This document shows positions 35,697 to 44,954 of a DNA stretch of 44,954 nucleotides, one piece after another. Within the stretch, counting starts at the first letter, position 1. Every line of letters starts with the position of its first letter. The notes below the pieces were generated by a model. The model made no database searches. It saw only the letters and a list, made by a program, of their open reading frames with translations, and was not told where the DNA came from. Source of the DNA: an uncultured Lachnospiraceae bacterium (lineage in GTDB: Bacteria; Bacillota; Clostridia; Lachnospirales; Lachnospiraceae); the NCBI GenBank assembly GCA_945834545.1, contig CAMAHO010000001.1, positions 1-44,954 of the forward strand. The letters are read 5' to 3'. The translations under genes and the position numbers were made by a program.

Positions 35697-36452
35697 ATGA
35701 AATTCATTTCGTGGAATGTGAACGGATTAAGAGCCTGTGTAGGGAAAAACTTTTTGGAGGATTTTAAAGCCTTAGATGCGGATATCTTTTGCTTGCAGGA
35801 GACAAAGCTGCAGGAGGGCCAGATTGAGCTGGATTTACCGGGGTATTATCAATATTGGAATTACGCAGAGAAGAAGGGATACAGCGGGACAGCAGTCTTT
35901 TCGAGAATAGAGCCACTCAGTGTAGCTTATGGTATTGGAGTGGAAGACCACGACAGGGAGGGAAGAGTGATTACCCTGGAGTTTGAGAACTTCTATCTAG
36001 TAACTGTTTACACTCCCAATTCTCAGGATGGATTGGCCAGACTGGAGTACCGTATGCAGTGGGAGGATGCCTTTCTGGCATACATAAACAGTTTGAATGA
36101 GAAAAAGCCTGTGATTTTCTGTGGGGACTTAAATGTTGCCCATCAGGAGATTGATTTGAAAAACCCAAAGACAAATCGTCAGAATGCAGGTTTTACGGAT
36201 GAGGAGAGAGCGAAAATGACTGCCCTATTGGCAGCAGGCTACATTGACACCTTCCGCTATTTTTACCCGGACCAAAAGGATATTTATTCTTGGTGGTCCT
36301 ATCGGTTTAAGGCAAGGGAGAAGAATGCAGGTTGGCGGATTGACTACTTCATTGCTTCTGAGAAGGTGAAGGAGAAATTGATCTCGGCCTCGATTCACAA
36401 CGAGATATACGGTTCTGATCATTGTCCGGTAGAACTGGTGGCAGAGTTATAA
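35697..36452 (+). CDS. exoA: Exodeoxyribonuclease III / AP endonuclease
   Basis: [39 protein letters not shown]. Confidence 0.95.
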   Translation: MKFISWNVNGLRACVGKNFLEDFKALDADIFCLQETKLQEGQIELDLPGYYQYWNYAEKKGYSGTAVFSRIEPLSVAYGIGVEDHDREGRVITLEFENFYLVTVYTPNSQDGLARLEYRMQWEDAFLAYINSLNEKKPVIFCGDLNVAHQEIDLKNPKTNRQNAGFTDEERAKMTALLAAGYIDTFRYFYPDQKDIYSWWSYRFKAREKNAGWRIDYFIASEKVKEKLISASIHNEIYGSDHCPVELVAEL

Positions 36453-36459
36453 GACAAAG

Positions 36460-37782
36460 ATGAGGGAGATAGTGGGGGAGCAGCTTATGCAGGATTGGTT
36501 AAGATTGGATAATGCGGCACTCATATTTCCGGCGGTTCGAAAAACCGGCTGGAGTAATGCATTCCGGGTTTCTGCTACCTTGGCAGAGAAGATAGATCCT
36601 GTGTGTCTGCAGCAGGCAGTGGACAGCCTGCGGGAGCGTTTTCCTTCTGTTTATGTTTGTTTACACAGAGGGTTTTTCTGGTATTATCTGCAAAAATTAA
36701 AAACCTCACCTAAAGTCAGAGAGGATGCGGCGTGCCCATTGATACATATGACGAAGCCGGAGCTTCGGGAATGTTGCTTTCGGGTATTATATTATAAGAA
36801 CAGAATTGCAGTAGAGTTTTTCCATGCGCTTACGGACGGAAATGGTGGGATGGTTTATCTCAAAACACTGACTGCTGCTTACTTGAGCTTGCGGTATGGA
36901 TTCAAGCCTCAGGCACAGTATGGCGTGCTGGACTGGATGGCAGCTCCTGAGGAATCCGAACTAGAAGATAGCTTCCTTAAGGCAGCAGGGAGGATTGCCT
37001 TGGACCGAAAAGAAGAGAATTCTATTCATCTAAAGGGAACCAGGCGAAAGGATGGATTTCACTATCTTACAGTAGGTACTGTTTCGGAGGAAAAGCTAAA
37101 GGCCAGGGCGCAAGAGTACAATACCAGTGTGACAGCCTTCCTGGCAGCAGTGATGCTTCAGACAATATTGGACCTGGCAAAGCACAAGAAAACCCGCAAG
37201 TGGGCTAAGATAACCATTCCGGTGGATCTGCGGAGGCTGTTTGGCGGAAATACCCTTCGCAACTTTGTGCTGACAGTGAATGTGGGAGTGGACCCAAAGC
37301 TGGGGGAATATTCTTTGGAGGAGCTTTGTAAGGCAGTACAAAGTCAGATGAATAGCCAGATTACAGAAAAACAGATGGCAGCAAGAATTGCAGCCAATGT
37401 GAAGCCGGCTAGGATGATGTTGGTTCGAATCATGCCCTTGTTTATCAAAAATATAGCTTTGAAGCTGGTGTATCATTTCGTGGGTGAGAGTAAGGGCACA
37501 TTAAATATATCAAATCTGGGGAGAAGTGAGTTGCCTCCGGAAATGGTGCCCTATGTAGAAAACCTGGATTTTATCATTGGTACCCAGGCGACTTATTTCC
37601 ATAATTGCAGTGTTGTTACTTATAAAGGGAAGGTGCGTATTAATCTGATACGGAATGTGGAAGAGAGTGAATTGGAAAGAAACTTCTTTACAAGACTTCT
37701 GAAAATGGGGATACCTGTTAAGGTGGAGAGTAATTTTGGCGGAGGTTCATTATGTATTGCGCAAATTGCGGAGTGGAATTAG
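36460..37782 (+). CDS. CoA-dependent acyltransferase (alcohol acetyltransferase/condensation-like fold)
   Basis: RLDNAA, HxxxDG (FHALTDGNG), PVDLR, TLRNF, SNLG. Confidence 0.78.
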   Translation: MREIVGEQLMQDWLRLDNAALIFPAVRKTGWSNAFRVSATLAEKIDPVCLQQAVDSLRERFPSVYVCLHRGFFWYYLQKLKTSPKVREDAACPLIHMTKPELRECCFRVLYYKNRIAVEFFHALTDGNGGMVYLKTLTAAYLSLRYGFKPQAQYGVLDWMAAPEESELEDSFLKAAGRIALDRKEENSIHLKGTRRKDGFHYLTVGTVSEEKLKARAQEYNTSVTAFLAAVMLQTILDLAKHKKTRKWAKITIPVDLRRLFGGNTLRNFVLTVNVGVDPKLGEYSLEELCKAVQSQMNSQITEKQMAARIAANVKPARMMLVRIMPLFIKNIALKLVYHFVGESKGTLNISNLGRSELPPEMVPYVENLDFIIGTQATYFHNCSVVTYKGKVRINLIRNVEESELERNFFTRLLKMGIPVKVESNFGGGSLCIAQIAEWN

Positions 37783-38441
37783 GGGAAGGAGAAAAAAGCT
37801 GTCCTCTTTGCGGCTTAGTGGCCTATCATCCGGATATGCCAAAGCAGAGCGGGGAGGGATTATACCCCGACGGTTTTGCACCAATTAAGGTAAAAAGGGG
37901 ATATGTTAAACTATTTTTTAGTTTCTTCTTTGGTATTGCAGCCGGCACCTGTTTGTTGATTGATTATCTGATAAGCCATAGGATAGGGTGGTCTGGTATC
38001 GTTCTTATGAGCCTCCTTACAGGCTATGTTCTGCTTGTGTTGCCCCTGTGGTTTAAGAAAGGAAATTGGATTGTCTTTTTGTCCCTTGATACACTTGCAG
38101 TTGAGTTGCTTTTGCTCTATCTGAATCTGCACCTCGGAGGGCATTGGTTTTTGTCTTACGCCTTTCCCATTGCAGCTATGTACGGTATTATTTTGGTGAC
38201 TGTAACAGCTCTGGCTATCTATGTACGAAGAGGTGTTTTCTATTTGATGGCCGGGAGCAGCTTTGCCTTGGCGGGCTCTATGATGCTGGTAGAATTCTTT
38301 GGTGCAATCACCTTTGAACGCAGAATGTTTGTGTGGAGCCTGTACCCCACTGCAGCGTTAGGGGCACTCGGCATTTTCTGGCTTTTAGCAGGTATCATTA
38401 AGCCCTTTGGCAATATGCTTCGAAAACGAATGTTCGTGTAA
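37752..38441 (+). CDS. Zinc-ribbon membrane protein (DUF6320-like)
   Basis: CANCG...CPLCG N-terminus plus about 6 TM segments; GGAGG RBS inside the upstream gene. Confidence 0.75.
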   Translation: MYCANCGVELGEGEKSCPLCGLVAYHPDMPKQSGEGLYPDGFAPIKVKRGYVKLFFSFFFGIAAGTCLLIDYLISHRIGWSGIVLMSLLTGYVLLVLPLWFKKGNWIVFLSLDTLAVELLLLYLNLHLGGHWFLSYAFPIAAMYGIILVTVTALAIYVRRGVFYLMAGSSFALAGSMMLVEFFGAITFERRMFVWSLYPTAALGALGIFWLLAGIIKPFGNMLRKRMFV

Positions 38442-38615
38442 CTACGATACCAGGGTACCAAGGTCTTTACCCACTTGAGCTTGCTCAAAAGTGGGTAATA
38501 GACTTTGGTACCCGCCCCAAATATGAGCATAAAAGTGGGACGCTAGTCCCACGATATGCGAATATTTGGTAGGATTGTGAGAGCGCGTAGCGCGGAACAA
38601 TCCGTAGGTATCGTA
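38438..38615. mobile_element. MITE-like multi-hairpin element
   Basis: Begins GTAAC; TACGATACC/GGTATCGTA terminal IR; hairpins at 38453-38513, 38517-38569 and about 38572-38603. Confidence 0.65.
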
Positions 38616-38642
38616 AAACTGGATGATAAGGAGAATATTACT

Positions 38643-40154
38643 ATGAAAAAAATCTGGAATTATAAGCCTTCAGACAAGGCTATGGTTTTCATCGGCAGCG
38701 TACTGATGTTGCTGATGCTGTACCCCTTGGTGCGATTAACACTGTATGCTGCGCCCTATTATGATGATTATGCCTATGGCACCTATCTTCATAATACGGT
38801 AATAGCAGGTGGGAGCCTTTGGGATTGCATTATGGCTGCTGTGGAACATACCCGAATGATGTGGTATGCCTTCCAAGGTACTTTCTCATCGATTTTCTTT
38901 ATGAGTATGATGCCTGCGGCCTTTGGGGAGCAATACTATTTTCTGGGACCATTATTCTTGATTGTTATTTTTCTGATTGGGATCGCTGCCTTTGTGACGG
39001 TTCTTGTACGAGGGGTGTTAAAGGCGGATTGGTATCAAAATCTGTTAATGGTGTTTCTGACACAGGCCTTCTTGATTATTCTGATTCATTCTGCACAACA
39101 GGGCTTTTATTGGTACAACGGCGGAATGCATTATGTAGGGGGCTATGCCCATATGCTCCTGATGCTCAGCCTGCTCCTATATCTTGTGTTTGTAGGAGAA
39201 TTCTCAAGGGGAAGACTTGTCAGAGTGAAAGTCGTTTTGGTCATCCTGGGTACTATGGTGTATGCCCTTTTTACCAGTGGAAGTAATTTTGTAACCACAC
39301 TGCAGGGGCTGGTATTGGTGGCATCCTTAGCCGGTTTAGGAATCGTGTTAAAGAAAAAGAGTACACTTCTTATGATTCCGGCAGGAATTGTGTACATAAT
39401 CGGGTTTTGTGTCAATGTGATGGCACCCGGCAACAATGTGAGAAACGGTCTTTATGACGGCTGGGGGTATTCCGCTCCGGAGGCTATTTTGCGTTCCTTT
39501 ACGGAGGGCTTTCATTGGTTTTTTGAGTTTACGGGATGGGAAACCTTGCTGTTTTTACTGTTCTTATTCCCAATTATTTATCGAATCGTAAAAGCATCAA
39601 AGCTTAAGTTTTCCTATCCTGTACTAGTGCTTTTATGGTCAGTGTGCCTATATGCAACCGGATTTACACCAAGCCTGTATGCCACGGGACGAATTGATTT
39701 ATCAAGAGTACGGAATGTAATCCATTTCACATTGCAGCTTTTGCTGATTTTCAATGAGGTGTATTGGACCGGCTTTGTATGTAGATATCTGGAAAAGCGT
39801 CAGGGAAAGGGGCTTTCCTGGGATGGCAGACCGATTTGGTGGATGTATGGCGTATGGGCTGTTTGCTTTTTGCTTGTCTTTGCCACAACAGAGGATAAGA
39901 TTGGTGGCTTTTCTCCCTACGGGGCATATTATTATATTCATTCCGGGGAGGCCTATAACTTCCGTCAGGCGTACTTACAAAGAGTGGAAATTATTAAACA
40001 GGATAATCCGGATGTGGAGGTGGAGGAATACATTTATAGGCCTTGGTTCTTATGTCAGACCATGGATTTTGACACCAACCCGGAGGCAGAAATCAATGTA
40101 CTGACAGCCAGGTATTATTTTAAAAATTCCATTCGACTAAAACCCAAGGAGTAG
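38643..40154 (+). CDS. Polytopic membrane protein, GT-C-like
   Basis: About 11-12 TM segments; YYDDY acidic motif after TM1; APGN. AAGGAG RBS before ATG 38643. Confidence 0.65.
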   Translation: MKKIWNYKPSDKAMVFIGSVLMLLMLYPLVRLTLYAAPYYDDYAYGTYLHNTVIAGGSLWDCIMAAVEHTRMMWYAFQGTFSSIFFMSMMPAAFGEQYYFLGPLFLIVIFLIGIAAFVTVLVRGVLKADWYQNLLMVFLTQAFLIILIHSAQQGFYWYNGGMHYVGGYAHMLLMLSLLLYLVFVGEFSRGRLVRVKVVLVILGTMVYALFTSGSNFVTTLQGLVLVASLAGLGIVLKKKSTLLMIPAGIVYIIGFCVNVMAPGNNVRNGLYDGWGYSAPEAILRSFTEGFHWFFEFTGWETLLFLLFLFPIIYRIVKASKLKFSYPVLVLLWSVCLYATGFTPSLYATGRIDLSRVRNVIHFTLQLLLIFNEVYWTGFVCRYLEKRQGKGLSWDGRPIWWMYGVWAVCFLLVFATTEDKIGGFSPYGAYYYIHSGEAYNFRQAYLQRVEIIKQDNPDVEVEEYIYRPWFLCQTMDFDTNPEAEINVLTARYYFKNSIRLKPKE

Positions 40155-40170
40155 TGGGGAGGAGAACGCT

Positions 40171-40857
40171 GTGAATGCCTATAAAATTATGGTGGTAGAG
40201 GACGAGCCGGCCATTGCTCAGGGCATCAAGGCTCATTTGGAAAAGTGGGGCTATCAGGTGGAGCTGGTGGAGGATTTTATGAATGTCACGGAACAGTTTG
40301 TAAAGCAGAATCCACAGCTTGTTTTGATGGATATCGGACTCCCGTTTTACAACGGATTCTATTGGTGCGCTCAAATCAGACAGATCTCTAAGGTGCCTAT
40401 TGTATTTGTGTCTTCTGCCCAGGATAATATGAATATCGTTATGGCCATTAATATGGGAGGGGATGACTTTATTTCCAAGCCCTTTGAACCGGAGGTGCTG
40501 GCAGCGAAGGTCCAGGCAATTCTAAGGAGGGCCTATGCCTTTCACGGAGAAACCAATGTACTTGCCTGGAAGGATGTTATACTAAATTTGTCAGATACTA
40601 ATCTGATGCTGGGAGAACGAAAGCTGGAACTGACTAAAAATGAGTTTAAGATGATGCAGCTTTTGTTAGAGCATGCAGGAGAATGTGTATCCCGCGAGGA
40701 AATGATGAAGAGGCTGTGGGATAATGAGTGCTTTGTGGATGATAATACGCTGACAGTGAATATCACCAGACTTCGCAAAAAACTGGAAGCCGAGGGAAGA
40801 AGTGAATTGATTCAGACAAAAAAAGGCCTGGGTTATTGCCTGGGGAGTGAAGGTTAG
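40171..40857 (+). CDS. OmpR-family response regulator (BceR/GraR-like)
   Basis: VED, LMDIGLP, GGDDFISKPF, FVDDNTLTVNITRLRKKL. Confidence 0.93.
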   Translation: MNAYKIMVVEDEPAIAQGIKAHLEKWGYQVELVEDFMNVTEQFVKQNPQLVLMDIGLPFYNGFYWCAQIRQISKVPIVFVSSAQDNMNIVMAINMGGDDFISKPFEPEVLAAKVQAILRRAYAFHGETNVLAWKDVILNLSDTNLMLGERKLELTKNEFKMMQLLLEHAGECVSREEMMKRLWDNECFVDDNTLTVNITRLRKKLEAEGRSELIQTKKGLGYCLGSEG

Positions 40858-40860
40858 GAG

Positions 40861-41925
40861 ATGAAAAGTAAAAAACTGTGGTTATCCTATCTTAAGGAGA
40901 GAAAGGGTATGATATCTCTTTCACTGCTAAACGGGCTGTGCTTCCTCGTGATTTTACTGTTGGGGCACCTGGAATTGTGGAATCAGCTGCTTTATGCCTT
41001 TTTGCTGTCTATGTCGCTTTGCCTGATGGCAGGTTTTCTGGATGGGGTGAATTATGTCAGGGCGCGAAGGCTGTTGGAGCAAAAGAAACTGGCGGGAGCA
41101 TCCCTTTTGGAGGATAGAGAGTGGCTTGAAGAGTTACAAGACAGAAGGGATGGGGATAGTCTCCAAGCAGATTTGGAGCTTTTGTTGGCAAATGTATGGG
41201 AAGGAACCTTGGAACGCCTGGAGGAATATCAAAGAGCTTCCAAAGAGCAGATGGACTATTATGTGATGTGGACCCATCAAATTAAGACTCCTATTGCTGC
41301 GCTTAGACTTTTGGTAGATGGGCTGCCGGATCCCAAGCTGGCATTTCGTCTGCGAGAGGAATGTCTCCGGATGGAGCAATATGTTGAGATGGTGCTTTGC
41401 TATCAGAGACTAGAGACCATGGGGCAGGATTTGGAGGTGGCTTCCTGTAAGCTGCGGGAGATGGTATCTGAGGTGGTCAAGAAACTGTCTGTCTCATTTA
41501 TTAATTCTGCGATTCATTTGGAATTGGAGGACTTTGAGGACGAGATTTTGACAGATGAAAAGTGGTTTGCCTTCTGTGTGGAACAGTTGCTGTCAAACAG
41601 CATTAAATATACCGCACAGAAAAAAAGGATGACAGAAGAGTTTGAAGGAGAAATCAATATCCACGTAGAAGGTGATGAAGGGGATAGGTGGTTGGTCATC
41701 GAAGATAATGGAATCGGCATCCGTGCCCAGGATCTCCCCAGGGTGTTTGAGCGTGGATTTACCGGGTTTAACGGAAGGGCAGATAAAAAAGCAACAGGAA
41801 TAGGGTTGTTTTTGACGAAGAAGATACTAAACAAGATGGGAAATCAAATTCGTTTGGAGAGTGAGGTTGGAACATATACCAGAGTCGGTATTTCCCTATA
41901 TGCTTCACAGACAATCAAGGATTGA
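40861..41925 (+). CDS. Intramembrane-sensing histidine kinase (BceS-like)
   Basis: Two adjacent TM segments, WTHQIKTP, SNSIKY, DNGIG, GFTG, TGIGL. Confidence 0.92.
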   Translation: MKSKKLWLSYLKERKGMISLSLLNGLCFLVILLLGHLELWNQLLYAFLLSMSLCLMAGFLDGVNYVRARRLLEQKKLAGASLLEDREWLEELQDRRDGDSLQADLELLLANVWEGTLERLEEYQRASKEQMDYYVMWTHQIKTPIAALRLLVDGLPDPKLAFRLREECLRMEQYVEMVLCYQRLETMGQDLEVASCKLREMVSEVVKKLSVSFINSAIHLELEDFEDEILTDEKWFAFCVEQLLSNSIKYTAQKKRMTEEFEGEINIHVEGDEGDRWLVIEDNGIGIRAQDLPRVFERGFTGFNGRADKKATGIGLFLTKKILNKMGNQIRLESEVGTYTRVGISLYASQTIKD

Positions 41926-41943
41926 TGAGGGAACGACCCGGTT

Positions 41944-42018
41944 CCTTACAACAATGTAAGGTTAGCAGAGGAAATGTAAGCTATATCAATGGCAGAGCAT
42001 TTCCTCTTTTGGTATCCT
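41944..42018 (+). promoter_or_regulatory. BceR-type binding site and promoter
   Basis: CCTTACA-acaa-TGTAAGG palindrome (TNACA-N4-TGTAA consensus), a second half-site TGTAAG at 41975-41980, and extended -10 TGgTATCCT. Confidence 0.8.
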
Positions 42019-42061
42019 TGGTCTATCGGGAGGGATACATAATCCCGGGAAGGAGATAGAA

Positions 42062-42829
42062 ATGGCTTTTTTAGAGATTCACAATTTGATGAAGGTATAT
42101 ACTACCAGACTTGGAGGAAACAAGGTTCAGGCATTGCAGGATGTCAATTTTTCTGTGGAAAAAGGTGAGTATGTGGCGATTATGGGGGAGTCCGGCTCCG
42201 GAAAAACAACCCTGTTAAACATCCTTGCCTCCTTGGATAAACCGACTCAAGGGCAGGTTATCTTAAACGGACAGGATGTCACCAAGATTAAGCAAAAGGA
42301 TTTATGTGCTTTCCGTAGGGAAAATCTGGGTTTTGTCTTTCAGGATTTTAATCTGCTGGACAGCTTGTCTTTAAAGGACAATATCTTCCTGCCCTTGGTG
42401 TTGTCAGGAGTTTCTCACAGAGATTTGGAAAAAAAAGTAAAACCTCTGGCAAAGAAACTGGGGATTGAAGAGCTGCTGGAAAAATATCCCTATGAGGTCA
42501 GTGGCGGGCAGAAACAGAGAACTGCGGTGGCAAGGGCGCTGATTACAAATCCCCAGTTAATTCTCGCAGATGAGCCCACAGGAGCCTTGGACAGCAAGGC
42601 CTCTGATAAGCTTTTGGAGCTCTTTTCCAAGGTGAATGAGGAAGGGCAGACCATTCTTATGGTGACCCATAGTATTCAAGCAGCCAGCAAAGCAAACAGG
42701 GTGCTTTTTATTAAAGACGGCGTGGTGTTTAACCAGATTTACCGTGGAGAAATGGGGGATGACGAGATGTACCGCAAAATCTCGGATACCCTGACTATGC
42801 TCCAAACCTCTCACCAGGAAGAGATTTAG
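42062..42829 (+). CDS. ABC transporter ATPase (BceA-like)
   Basis: GESGSGKT, GFVFQDFNLL, VSGGQKQR, ADEPTGALD. Confidence 0.93.
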   Translation: MAFLEIHNLMKVYTTRLGGNKVQALQDVNFSVEKGEYVAIMGESGSGKTTLLNILASLDKPTQGQVILNGQDVTKIKQKDLCAFRRENLGFVFQDFNLLDSLSLKDNIFLPLVLSGVSHRDLEKKVKPLAKKLGIEELLEKYPYEVSGGQKQRTAVARALITNPQLILADEPTGALDSKASDKLLELFSKVNEEGQTILMVTHSIQAASKANRVLFIKDGVVFNQIYRGEMGDDEMYRKISDTLTMLQTSHQEEI

Positions 42830-42832
42830 GGG

Positions 42833-44845
42833 GTGGCTTGGATGAAAAAGACAATGCTTCTGCCAAGGATGGCAATTCAAAATCTGAAAAACAATGCAAA
42901 CACCTATTTGCCCTATATATTAGCCAGTGTGTTTGGGTTATTTACCTATTTTTCCTTTGATTTACTGATGCGAAATGACATCATGAAGTATCTTCCCAAG
43001 GCAGCCTATGCCTATATGTTGCTTGCCGTAGGGAGGGTTCTGCTGATGATTATCCTGGTCCCTTTTTTGTATTACACAAACAGCTTCTTAATTAAGCGCA
43101 GGAAATCTGAATTAGGGCTTTACAGTGTCTTGGGTATGGAGAAGAAGCACATGGGGGGCATGCTTTTCTTGGAAAGTCTTTTGATGTACGGTGTGGTTGT
43201 GGTTCTTAGTACTTTGCTGGGTGTTTTATTCGGGAAGCTGATTTTCCTGATTCTGTTAAATGTGACAGGGATGCCTGTAGACTGCGAATTTCGGTTTTCT
43301 ATTCAGTCTGTGCTGTATTCCATGCTGTATTATGGGGTGATATGCCTGATTAACCTGTTTATGAATCTGGTACAGGTGGGAAAGGCAAGCCCGGTGGAGC
43401 TTTTAAGCGGCTCCAGCAAGGGAGAGAAGGAGCCAAAGCATTTGTGGGTAGGAACCGTAATCGGTCTTTTGCTCACGGGAGGTGGCTACTATCTGGCAAT
43501 CATTGCCAAGGTAGATATGTGGATTTATACCAACTTCTTTTTTGCAGTGCTTTTGGTAGTAGTGGGAACCCACTTTCTGTTTACTTCCACCAGCATTACC
43601 TTTCTCAAATTTTTAAAGAGAAATCGGCGTTTTTATTATAAACGGGACAACTTTACCGTGGTTTCCGGTATGCTGTACAGAATGAAAAAGAATGCGGCCA
43701 GTCTGGCAAATATCTGCGTTTTTTCTGCTATGGTTATGATTACATTCATCTGCACTGTCTGCGTGGTTGCGAAGGTGGATGAGGTGACAGAGCACAAATA
43801 CCCTTACGAATTCGAGATGGATTTTCAGGCAGACAGGAAAGCAGACAGAGAAGCAATCCTAGGCCGTGCGAACCAATATGCGGAAGAGAATAAGCTTACC
43901 ATAAAAAGAATGGTGGATTATGAATATGCATCCGTGAAAGGTACCCTGGAGGGGGAAAGCTTCAGGCTTCGGCAGGAAGGCGACGATTTTACCATGATGT
44001 TCTATATTGAACTTCTCACCGTAGAGGACTTGAATCGTCTCCAGAATACAGAGTTTACACTCAATCCGGGAGAGGTGGTTTTATTTACCAATGGGGAGGA
44101 TTACGGCAGCAATCATATCCGATTAATGGATACAGACTTTACAGTCAAGGAAGAGATTGAGAGCTTTTTGCTGGATGAAAAGCACCCCTTCAGTTATTCC
44201 ACCTACTATCTGCTGGCCTTTTGCAACAGGGATGAGCTGCTGCAGGTTGCACGGAAATTCGGAAATCCCCAACTGGATACCAAGTATTTTCTGGGCATCT
44301 CCACAGAGGGAGCCGAGGAGGACAAAAGCAACTTTTACTATGAGTTTGCCAATGATGGAGCAAATCAAACGCTGGTTTCACCGGAGGTAGAAAGAATTCT
44401 GGGAGGATTGTTGGAAGCCAGAGACAACAGGCAAGATTCCGAGGAAGTGAAGGTCTTATATGGGACTCTGGTGTTTATCGGCATCTTCTTTGGAGCTATC
44501 TTCGTGATTTTCATGCTTCTTATCCTGTATTACAAGCAGATTGTGGAGGGCTATGAGGATAAGCGAAATTATGAAATCATGGCGAAGGTGGGGATGAGTG
44601 ATGAGGAGACCAAACAGAACATTTCAAAGCAGATTAAACTGACCTTCCTCTTACCCCTGGCTGTGGCAACCATACACACCTTAGTTGGAATGAATATGGT
44701 CAAAGAGCTGTTTATCACTTTAGAATTATATGACAATCATTTTGTTAACTTATGTACCTTGGGAGTCTGTGTGGTATTTGCAATTTTTTATGGACTCAGC
44801 TATAAAAAAACAGCAAAAGCATATTATAAGATAGTGAAGCATTAG
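42833..44845 (+). CDS. BceB-like antimicrobial-peptide ABC permease
   Basis: About 10 TM segments with a large extracellular loop; YTNSFLIKRRKSELGLY, LYRMKKNA, YYKQ. Confidence 0.9.
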   Translation: MAWMKKTMLLPRMAIQNLKNNANTYLPYILASVFGLFTYFSFDLLMRNDIMKYLPKAAYAYMLLAVGRVLLMIILVPFLYYTNSFLIKRRKSELGLYSVLGMEKKHMGGMLFLESLLMYGVVVVLSTLLGVLFGKLIFLILLNVTGMPVDCEFRFSIQSVLYSMLYYGVICLINLFMNLVQVGKASPVELLSGSSKGEKEPKHLWVGTVIGLLLTGGGYYLAIIAKVDMWIYTNFFFAVLLVVVGTHFLFTSTSITFLKFLKRNRRFYYKRDNFTVVSGMLYRMKKNAASLANICVFSAMVMITFICTVCVVAKVDEVTEHKYPYEFEMDFQADRKADREAILGRANQYAEENKLTIKRMVDYEYASVKGTLEGESFRLRQEGDDFTMMFYIELLTVEDLNRLQNTEFTLNPGEVVLFTNGEDYGSNHIRLMDTDFTVKEEIESFLLDEKHPFSYSTYYLLAFCNRDELLQVARKFGNPQLDTKYFLGISTEGAEEDKSNFYYEFANDGANQTLVSPEVERILGGLLEARDNRQDSEEVKVLYGTLVFIGIFFGAIFVIFMLLILYYKQIVEGYEDKRNYEIMAKVGMSDEETKQNISKQIKLTFLLPLAVATIHTLVGMNMVKELFITLELYDNHFVNLCTLGVCVVFAIFYGLSYKKTAKAYYKIVKH

Positions 44846-44954
44846 GGACGGAGTTTTTTGTTGCTTTTGCTTATGACGACTTTACCCGGCCGGTGGGAAT
44901 CGCCTCAGGGTCTACTTGCGGCACCGGCAGAGACCGGCTATCACTGTTGTTTAC

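Noticed and set aside
38556-38642. N-terminal extension of the membrane protein
   Set aside because: It lies largely within the hairpin element; the RBS supports ATG 38643.
40171-44845. BceRS-BceAB as a new system
   Set aside because: A well-known module with a canonical operator.

Overview
A 45-kb chromosomal segment in which every credible gene lies on the + strand. Gene content and sigma-A promoters point to a Clostridia (probably Lachnospiraceae-like) host; this is inferred, not searched. In order: an N-truncated HD-GYP remnant after a possible integration scar; the housekeeping block murE-priA-def-fmt-rsmB-rlmN-stp-prkC-rsgA; an XpaC-like/TelA pair; a 1682-aa multi-domain glycosyltransferase; a HAD hydrolase, uracil permease and PilZ protein; a beta-mannan oligosaccharide locus (two GH130, CE2-like and CE17-like esterases, LacI, GH36, GH1-PMI fusion); a truncated RAYT-type (IS200/Y1) transposase with three ~45-bp REP palindromes; a Zn metallopeptidase, exoA, an acyltransferase/membrane-protein pair, a GT-C-like membrane protein and a BceRS-BceAB module. 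The most notable signals are non-coding. (1) The Zn peptidase gene, which I recall normally sitting between fmt and rsmB, is absent there and lies 29 kb away between two direct REP copies beside the RAYT remnant. (2) Two intergenic multi-hairpin elements differ in sequence but share GTAAC starts, tandem GA mismatches and C-GTA-G triloops, suggesting ssDNA-folded mobile elements. (3) The mannan operon leader has twin identical-loop hairpins and paired operators.
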